Shown here: positions 36,749 through 43,098 of the stretch, in pieces
How positions within the stretch are numbered: position 1 is the stretch's first letter
Layout: each line of letters starts with the position of its first letter
Virus record (IMG/VR): IMGVR_UViG_3300034079_000007
Coordinates: 1 to 43,098 of that record
DNA: 43,098 nt
From: a virus
Taxonomy: Duplodnaviria; Caudoviricetes
Direction: 5' to 3' (one strand)
Notes under the pieces: generated by a model
What the model was told of the DNA's origin: nothing
The model's database searches: none
The model's input: the letters and a program-made list of their open reading frames with translations, nothing else
Position numbers and translations under genes: made by a program

Positions 36749-38664
36749 TATTGGACTCCAGAAGGGGTAGCTGCGGGAGGTTGATTTGGATTAGCAGCAG
36801 CGCTAGACGCCTGCATTTGGCCGAGTGCTGTTTTCTGCTGATCTGGCGTGTATTTAAAAGCATCGAGCCAGTTTGCACCCGATAGTTTCATATTGTACAG
36901 GAACATTCCCATCAAATCATATTGCATGCGAATTTCTGGCATTGCCTGTGCAGCTTGCATAAACTGCAATACAAGATCCAGACCCATAAGTTTCTCTGAT
37001 GGAGCATAACCATCAGATAACATGAATGACAGGTTAGCCTCTCGCAACTTCTGCGGATCAATAGTTGTTTCACTCTTGGTGTCCCGATTTACCAGTTTTG
37101 TTGGCGGTTGAAACTGCAAGATGTTACTCTTGACAATTTCTTTGATTGGAACAAAGAAAGAGAACTCAAGTGCAAGTGCTCGCATACGCCCTCGTGAATC
37201 TGCCTTATTCATGACAGTTTCAAATTCACGGCGCGTCTTGTTACCTTTCTGGAACTGGCCCTGTGATACACGATTCTGCCCATTGATGGCATCCGCCATG
37301 TTTGTTACTTGCTGCGAGAACTGCAGGATCTCAGCAACTCCATCATCTCGGTATGGAATCTGATAAATGCTATCAGAAATGTTCTTGCCGTAACCTACAT
37401 TTTTAACTGGTATCCTGGCAACACTTGATACTTTATCAATGTCTGCTTTGTTAATCTTGCTGGGGTCGTATAGCAGACGGTCATAGACTTTACGACGCTG
37501 CGATTCTAAGGCTGAATTCAGTAGCGAAGAAGCAACAGTTTGAATAGGAGCGGCGTTATCCGCGAAAGATTTAGCCTGCCAACCAAGTGGATCTGCTGAG
37601 GGTTTGCAGGCAATGATTGGCAGATAGTTATGAGCATTGGTTTGGCGCTCTGCGAAGATAACAACATTGCGGTTAACAATGATGAATTTCCAAATCTGCA
37701 CGTGGTTCTTGTTCGGGACAGTCATGCCAAAATCGCTGGGAAGAATCCTGCAATACAACACTGTCCACTCGTAAGATGATTTGTGTTCAGCACTGGTCTT
37801 GTTGAGGGCCCCTGGCAGATTCATGTATTGCAACCAGTTGACGGTTTGTGTCAAATCTCCCGGCTGCAGGAGTGCGTCGGGGTTGATTTGGGGTACGTAG
37901 TAAGAGCTGGACTGGTCTCCAGTAGCACCGACAGAGCTGGGAGAATTAAATGCATCCGCAAAATTCATGGTGCCAAGTGCTGGTAGATTCTCCATACGCT
38001 TTTTCATCTCAATCCTGGAGATTAGTTCGCTGTATCCTGCAAGTTCTCCTTCTAAATGATTCTTATCAGGACTCACCCGCGGGTCTAGGATTAAATTGTA
38101 CGGATCAAGACGTTTCAGGAAATTTCCTTGATAATAAGTATCAAGTAACGCGCCTTGCGTAATGTTTGTTGCTTCTGGGCTTGTAATTGCAAACAGTTTC
38201 TTATTCTCCCAGATAACTTCCACAGCCCCGAGATCGTATTTCAATCCATCTCGCATAACTTGTAGCAATTGCAGCGGCCATCCAGCTCGCACACTATTCT
38301 CACCGATGATGGTATCCATCTGCCCAGCAGCATCTTCCTGCCCAGGTACTGTTACTGTTCCGAAGATGGGATAACCAGTCAGAAATATTTCCTGCAAATC
38401 TGCCAAAGCCGAATCTACTTGTGGCATCACTACAGGGATTGTAAGGTTCTGTAATTTGCTGGCGTCTCCTGAATTGTTGGCAACCTTTGCTCGACGCTGT
38501 TGGGTTGTTTGATCTAACTCGCGATAGTAGATCAAGTCTTTCAGCAGCAGTTGAGGTCTGATGTTGTAAGATGACGCGTAAGTTTCAACGGCTGTTTTGA
38601 AATAACTAATGACACCAGCCTGTGCAGCAGTTGGTAGTGGGAGCGGGGTAGAAGCAGTGGCCAT
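36748..38664 (-). CDS. Portal protein
   Basis: 638 aa after TerL; DGLKYDLG..EV.W, LDPYN...DP and Gln/Pro-rich C-terminus. Confidence 0.82.
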   Translation of the reverse strand: MATASTPLPLPTAAQAGVISYFKTAVETYASSYNIRPQLLLKDLIYYRELDQTTQQRRAKVANNSGDASKLQNLTIPVVMPQVDSALADLQEIFLTGYPIFGTVTVPGQEDAAGQMDTIIGENSVRAGWPLQLLQVMRDGLKYDLGAVEVIWENKKLFAITSPEATNITQGALLDTYYQGNFLKRLDPYNLILDPRVSPDKNHLEGELAGYSELISRIEMKKRMENLPALGTMNFADAFNSPSSVGATGDQSSSYYVPQINPDALLQPGDLTQTVNWLQYMNLPGALNKTSAEHKSSYEWTVLYCRILPSDFGMTVPNKNHVQIWKFIIVNRNVVIFAERQTNAHNYLPIIACKPSADPLGWQAKSFADNAAPIQTVASSLLNSALESQRRKVYDRLLYDPSKINKADIDKVSSVARIPVKNVGYGKNISDSIYQIPYRDDGVAEILQFSQQVTNMADAINGQNRVSQGQFQKGNKTRREFETVMNKADSRGRMRALALEFSFFVPIKEIVKSNILQFQPPTKLVNRDTKSETTIDPQKLREANLSFMLSDGYAPSEKLMGLDLVLQFMQAAQAMPEIRMQYDLMGMFLYNMKLSGANWLDAFKYTPDQQKTALGQMQASSAAANPNQPPAATPSGVQ

Positions 38665-38673
38665 TTGTAGTCC

Positions 38674-40299
38674 TTAGAAAGGGAGTTGGAGATCATCAGT
38701 ATGGGATGCTGCTGGCATTGTAACAACTTCAATGTCAGAAATCAACAGAGGTAGGTACTCAGCATGAAGTTCTTTGACTTTGTGGATGTATGCTAGTAGA
38801 TCAAGGATTTCATCCTTATTATTTGCTTTCATACGATTCCACTGAGTTATTTGATAGATAACAGCAGATCTAACACGCTTATGAAGTAGGATATTTCCAG
38901 AAAGCAACAACTTAAACATCTCGATAATGCGGGCGTTCTTTTGCATACCACCTGTTGTGATCTCGCCTACTTTGAAGCCCTCAATACCCATTTGCTGGTA
39001 TACGTGATTAAACCAAAAAATAAGAGTTGCTTGATACGCACCGCCTTCACATATAATAAGTTGCATTGAGTATTTCGCTGCAAACTCAGTAGCTTTATGA
39101 ATACATTCAAGGGGTGAAAACTTTCCAACAGCAAGATCCCAGAGAACTGGGATACTATCAAAGATCAGAAAGGCACCAATACCAACATCATCGGATTTCT
39201 TCTTGCCAAGAGATGGGTCAATAATAACACAACCTCCCTGGGCAACAAGAGTATCTAAGTAGTCTGGCGCCGTGGATATCTTACTGACGTCGATTCCACT
39301 TACTGTCCCTGATTCCTCATCGTTCATTACCTCACTAAAGAAGATCTCAGGATGCCCCATGTCAGTATCTGATTGGAGTTCCAGCAGCAGATCTTCTAGC
39401 GAGCGATGTTCTGGCCATAAACTGTTGCCATCTGCGAGGATTGCACCAGTAATAAAAGAGGTCCACTCAGCTGATACTTTTAGTTTTCGTAAGATTGAAC
39501 CCTCAAACGGGTACATGTTTCCAACGAATATGAAAATACAACGATGTGGGTGGCAGGCCTTCATCAGAGTACCAAGCATCCAAATTAATAAATCTTTTGC
39601 TACTTCTGCGTTTTCAGCTTCATCTCTGTTTTGCATGTCATCCATGATGACTACATCGGGACGCACAAACTTAAGATTAAGACCACGCAAGGAACTACCA
39701 GCTCCCAGTGCGGCAAGAACAATATCACGACCTCGGAATGAGAATTTCTTAAATGCCAGAGTGTCCTTCTCACATCCAGCATCCCAAGCCCCAAAAATGG
39801 TTTTAATGTTGATGTTATTCAACATATCTGTCACGTCACTGAGAAAGTTCTCAGCAAGAGAAGCTGTGTTGCAGACAACTAGGATGAAGCGGCGGTCACT
39901 GAAAAGTACTAGCCATGCTACGTATAACTTGAGTATGACAGTTTTCGAGAAACCGCGAGGGATACCAAGTGCGTACTTTGGTTTTCCTTTGGCAGCCAGC
40001 GCATCTGTTGTTATTAATTGCCAAATCGCATGGAATAATGCGGGGTACCCATATTCATAGATGTCAGTAAGAATTAACTGGGCAAGAAAATCCAAGTTAG
40101 TCCTGGCGCCGTCAACTATTGTTGAGCGATCACTCATTACATGGAATGTATCCTGTTCGCCAAATTCTTCGTCAATACTGGCTGCTATTGGTGTCTTTGG
40201 CGGCGCTGGATCAGAACTATCCAAATCATCAGAACCTTGGATAAGTCCTGATAGTTCTTCTTTAGCCAGCTGCTCAATGAGCACTTGATTGGGAGTCAT
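38674..40299 (-). CDS. terL: Terminase large subunit
   Basis: PRGFSKT (Walker A), SLRG, RPDVVIMDD (Walker B), FVGN, nuclease IIDPS, KNARI, DEILD. Confidence 0.92.
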   Translation of the reverse strand: MTPNQVLIEQLAKEELSGLIQGSDDLDSSDPAPPKTPIAASIDEEFGEQDTFHVMSDRSTIVDGARTNLDFLAQLILTDIYEYGYPALFHAIWQLITTDALAAKGKPKYALGIPRGFSKTVILKLYVAWLVLFSDRRFILVVCNTASLAENFLSDVTDMLNNINIKTIFGAWDAGCEKDTLAFKKFSFRGRDIVLAALGAGSSLRGLNLKFVRPDVVIMDDMQNRDEAENAEVAKDLLIWMLGTLMKACHPHRCIFIFVGNMYPFEGSILRKLKVSAEWTSFITGAILADGNSLWPEHRSLEDLLLELQSDTDMGHPEIFFSEVMNDEESGTVSGIDVSKISTAPDYLDTLVAQGGCVIIDPSLGKKKSDDVGIGAFLIFDSIPVLWDLAVGKFSPLECIHKATEFAAKYSMQLIICEGGAYQATLIFWFNHVYQQMGIEGFKVGEITTGGMQKNARIIEMFKLLLSGNILLHKRVRSAVIYQITQWNRMKANNKDEILDLLAYIHKVKELHAEYLPLLISDIEVVTMPAASHTDDLQLPF

Positions 40300-40922
40300 A
40301 GAACTTTGACAACCCCATTGATAATGGTTTTGTGCACTTCTGTGTTATCAAGGATCTGAGCTGCTTTGTTGATATCTTTGGTTTTGAGAGTCTCGGAAGT
40401 TTCAAGCGTTTTTGCCGCCGTGAGTGTTGAAAGTGCTGGAAGTGATCTACTTGGCAAAGTTGCCATGCTTCTACCATTTACCTCAATCACCTGACGCTGA
40501 GGATTAAGCTGAATCTGCACTGCTGCAGCTCGGGGAAGTGTGATTGTAACTTGTTGAGCACCCAGTGCATCAGCGGTGCTTTGATCAGGAGTAGCGTGCT
40601 TCTTACTGCTATTTAATATCTGGTATACTTTTGCAGCTTCCGTGGCAGTACGCACAAATGGCAGTTTTTGGCCTAGAACGTCTAATGCTCGCTGTTCAAG
40701 AGATTCAACTGTCTCATCATGCTTGATAAACTTCTCAAGTTTTCCTGCGCGACGAACTGCTAAAGCATTGAGAAATTCAGCCTCTTCTAAGCACTGAGAA
40801 ACATAGCCGTCAGAAACACCGCAAGCCAAAGCTGCCGCTGCCTGTGAAACATCAGCTGCAAGATATCCTAGGAGTTTCTCCTTTAGCGGGTCATCTGAAA
40901 TAGGAGTTACATGTGCAGGCAT
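40296..40922 (-). CDS. Putative terminase small subunit (N-terminal HTH)
   Basis: SQAAAALACGVSDGYVSQ helix-turn-helix; ATGA coupling to terL; ATG 40922 preferred. Confidence 0.65.
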   Translation of the reverse strand: MPAHVTPISDDPLKEKLLGYLAADVSQAAAALACGVSDGYVSQCLEEAEFLNALAVRRAGKLEKFIKHDETVESLEQRALDVLGQKLPFVRTATEAAKVYQILNSSKKHATPDQSTADALGAQQVTITLPRAAAVQIQLNPQRQVIEVNGRSMATLPSRSLPALSTLTAAKTLETSETLKTKDINKAAQILDNTEVHKTIINGVVKVL

Positions 40923-40987
40923 AGGTGTTTCCAGGTGATTGGTGGTTGTAGCAATTGGCGCCGCCAAAGATTGCTAATTGTTTGGGT

Positions 40988-41016
40988 AGTATAACTGCCG
41001 CGGGGAGGATTGTGAA
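40988..41016 (-). promoter_or_regulatory. Sigma70-like promoter of the packaging/structural block
   Basis: TTCACA-17 bp-TATACT on the minus strand. Confidence 0.65.
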
Positions 41017-41118
41017 CAGAGGAATGTGGCAATTGCTGTTACTAGTAAGTTGCCTGCAGTTTTGAAAATTTTAGAAATATTAGATGCGTGCCTTAGGAAA
41101 AAAGAGAATCCAAGAACC

Positions 41119-41144
41119 AAAAAAAGCCCCTACCGTGGTAGGGG
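41119..41144 (-). terminator. Intrinsic terminator
   Basis: CCCCTAC/GTAGGGG stem followed by T7 on the minus strand. Confidence 0.85.
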
Positions 41145-41171
41145 TACTTAGGTTGTGAGCGCTTACTCTTG

Positions 41172-41225
41172 TCAGGTATTCCAACCTAACCACAAGATCA
41201 GCGCAGTAGCTGCTAGTACTGTCAT
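41172..41225 (-). CDS. Possible 17-aa hydrophobic micropeptide (MTVLAATALILWLGWNT)
   Basis: GAGAG upstream and atcATG context; lies between the 216-aa gene and its terminator. Confidence 0.35.
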   Translation of the reverse strand: MTVLAATALILWLGWNT

Positions 41226-41256
41226 GATGCTTGCTCTCTTGTTGCCGGCTACTGGT

Positions 41257-41907
41257 TCACAGATCGGCAATGCTGAGTGTTGTTTCCAGTTTGCGCGCAT
41301 TCAGTGATTTCTCGATGTGCGCCAGTCGCTGGATCAACTCGCTGCCCATACTGGTATCAGCATCGTCGGCCAGCAGGGTTTGCAGTTTCAGCGCATCCTC
41401 CGGGCTCTTGATACCGTGGTTCTTGGCGGCCAAGGCTGCCAGTCGCTGCTGCATGAAGTCGGTAAATTGCTTGCCCCGTGCTGCCATTGCTGCGAACAGC
41501 TTGCTGGTGGGATACCACTCGATGATATCGTCACGATCAAAGGTGATACTGCCGCGACTGCTCGCTGTTTCCTCGCTCCAAGCCAGTAGCGCTGATACGC
41601 TGTAATCTGCCAATGCCACAGTGCGCGCCATCGGCTGTTCCTGCAAGTAGTCGCGCAGGCGTGCGGCTGCGATAGCCTTGAGGCCATTGATAAGGATGTC
41701 AGTCAGTCCCTGTGCTGGCGTGCCATTCATGGTGGCTGTGAGCTGGCCCCAGTGGCCGGCGGGGATAACAACACGACGGATACGCTCACTGTCACTGAGT
41801 TGGATGCCCTTGTTGTTCCTGCGATCCGCACTGACCATGATCTCGCCAATGCTGATGGATGGTGTCACGGTGTCAACGGTGATCTCTTTACTGTTGATGA
41901 TAGACAT
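41257..41907 (-). CDS. 216-aa protein in its own transcription unit; distant paralog of 5944..6600
   Basis: GGAG RBS, consensus promoter, terminator; visibly more GC-rich than its flanks. Confidence 0.85.
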   Translation of the reverse strand: MSIINSKEITVDTVTPSISIGEIMVSADRRNNKGIQLSDSERIRRVVIPAGHWGQLTATMNGTPAQGLTDILINGLKAIAAARLRDYLQEQPMARTVALADYSVSALLAWSEETASSRGSITFDRDDIIEWYPTSKLFAAMAARGKQFTDFMQQRLAALAAKNHGIKSPEDALKLQTLLADDADTSMGSELIQRLAHIEKSLNARKLETTLSIADL

Positions 41908-41967
41908 TTCATTTACTCCACTATCCGGCCAGCTGATAATTCAGCTAGTTTGCCGGTTAGTGATTAG

Positions 41968-41995
41968 ATTATAGTCACTTGGGCAAAAATGTCAA
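41968..41995 (-). promoter_or_regulatory. Consensus sigma70 promoter
   Basis: Perfect TTGACA-16 bp-TATAAT on the minus strand. Confidence 0.85.
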
Positions 41996-42016
41996 AGACT
42001 TTCCGACGAACGGTAG

Positions 42017-42089
42017 TTATCCACATCTTATTAGTTATCCACAAGTTATTAGTTTCTTGCAGTTATCAACAGGTCGGCAGTTATTCACA
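42017..42089 (+). promoter_or_regulatory. Cluster of four co-oriented DnaA boxes
   Basis: TTATCCACA 42017-42025, TTATCCACA 42035-42043, TTATCAACA 42063-42071 and TTATTCACA 42081-42089. Confidence 0.75.
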
Positions 42090-42200
42090 ATTTACAGTTT
42101 CCAGTCTTGGCTGCTTCTACTGCTGATGCTGTTAAATTAAACAAGAATTTGTTTACTGTCTGCTGTTGATTGATTAGTTTTGCTGTTTCATTCAAATTCC

Positions 42201-42635
42201 CATGTAACGCATGTAATATAGGTTCATTAGGTTCATCAAGTAACACTTGTAACTATGTAACATGATGTCCAATCTCCCTATTTCGCCCCCTCCCTTTTTC
42301 ATCCCTGTTAGTTTCTATTCTCTCACCCTCTCCATTAGTTTCTACCCCTTTCACTCTATCATTCTGTCTTTACCCCTATCTTTAATTTATTATTTATCTC
42401 TTATTCATTAATTATTATTAATATCTTTTTATCTTTTTGAAATTGTCAAAATTAAAGTGGGGGTCATATACTAAGAGGAAGAGGAGAGGGGTATGAGTTA
42501 TAAGTAGTGTGTAGGTGCCTGGGAGTAATAATGGCAGACTGACAAGGGGTCGGGAATGGGGCATATCAGGGGATGTTACATGGTTACATGAGCTACATGT
42601 GTTACCTGTTGAACATGCATTACATGTGTTACAAA
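42201..42635. other. Putative symmetric replication origin with inverted iteron arrays
   Basis: Seven CATGTAAC-like units at 42201-42261 and seven GTTACATG-like units at 42575-42635, both with ~9-bp period. They flank a pyrimidine-rich arm, an AT-rich core and a purine-rich arm. Confidence 0.7.
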
Positions 42636-42772
42636 GGAATCCTGACGCCAAACAAACTAATAGCCATTAGAGAATCTAATACCGAGCGAAGCGAGCAAAT
42701 CACCAACCATCCTTCACAGATTAGTTATCATCACCACTCAAATAACCACATGGATAACAAAGCAAATACCGC

Positions 42773-42801
42773 TTGACATTTGAGGTTATTTCACCTATAC
42801 T
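42773..42801 (+). promoter_or_regulatory. Early sigma70 promoter
   Basis: TTGACA-17 bp-TATACT upstream of the first + strand gene. Confidence 0.85.
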
Positions 42802-42839
42802 TGAATATTCCCTGGGAGAAGTCCGTCCAAGGGGTATTA

Positions 42840-42889
42840 GTAGTTGCTACTGATTATAACTGATAACTAACTGTAGTTGCTACTGATTA
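42840..42889 (+). repeat. 17-bp direct repeat GTAGTTGCTACTGATTA (42840-42856, 42873-42889)
   Basis: Two exact copies 33 bp apart in the early leader. Confidence 0.85.
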
Positions 42890-42919
42890 ATATGTATGGC
42901 AATCATGAAAGCAATTATC

Positions 42920-43098
42920 ATGGCTCTGGTTACTACTCTTACTGAGATTCGCAAACACTCACCTTGCATCCGTGGTTGGGGCAAGTTATTGGCAGCACTT
43001 GGCAAAACAAAAGCAGATGATGAACTGGTAACTATTGAATACATCATCAATAGCAATGGAGTGGAAGATGCCATTTGGTGTTTACGTGCAGTGAATGG
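42920..43098 (+). CDS. 5' part of the first early gene (continues at 128..497)
   Basis: In-frame ATGs at 42896, 42905 and 42920; the frame is open through the terminal overlap. Confidence 0.8.
   Translation, partial: MALVTTLTEIRKHSPCIRGWGKLLAALGKTKADDELVTIEYIINSNGVEDAIWCLRAVN
42972..43098. repeat. Terminal overlap of a circular contig (copy 2)
   Basis: Identical to 1-127. Confidence 0.95.

Noticed and set aside
42060-42180. IHF site making the DnaA cluster a datA-like element
   Set aside because: I found no full WATCAANNNNTTR match by eye; the best is TATCAACAGGTCG, which overlaps box 3.
42418-42776. ORFs 42418..42651 (-) and 42573..42776 (+)
   Set aside because: Their Cys/His/Met periodicity is simply the translation of the 9-bp repeat array.
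42972-43098. 127-bp terminal repeat as a biological direct terminal repeat
   Set aside because: It interrupts a CDS and equals a standard assembly k-mer. It indicates circular assembly, not the physical genome ends.
1-43098. Temperate functions, tRNAs, introns/inteins, alternative genetic code
   Set aside because: No integrase, repressor or par genes, no tRNA-like sequence noticed, core genes are uninterrupted, and all three stop codons end genes normally.

Overview
The window is an apparently complete, circularly assembled genome of a tailed dsDNA phage with podovirus-type architecture. It is 42,971 bp unique, and positions 1-127 are repeated exactly at 42972-43098. Two gene blocks converge. 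The + strand (42920 across the junction to 17185) carries small early genes, a RecD/Dda-like SF1B helicase, a PD-(D/E)XK nuclease, a Sak4-like AAA ATPase, a DUF6378-like protein, an SSB, a family A DNA polymerase and a DUF3987-type AAA+ helicase. The - strand (40922 to 17151) carries terminase, portal, scaffold, capsid, adaptor, tailspike, nozzle, holin, M15 endolysin and three internal (ejection) proteins. I recognise no integrase, repressor, RNA polymerase, primase, tRNA or CRISPR array, and the promoters are host sigma70-type. The most striking part is the ~1 kb non-coding region at 41908-42919. It holds an oriC-like element (four co-oriented DnaA boxes followed by DnaA-trio-like triplets and an AT-rich patch) beside a mirror-symmetric putative origin (two inverted arrays of seven ~9-bp repeats around an AT-rich core). 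These elements sit in a genome with no recognisable primase and a PolA with unusual active-site residues. Other highlights are an internal virion protein with three (F/Y)ADGG motifs and a tape-measure-type C-terminal domain (possible self-processed polyprotein), and two distant ~217-aa paralogs, each in its own strong transcription unit. Family assignments come from motif recognition by eye, not from database searches.
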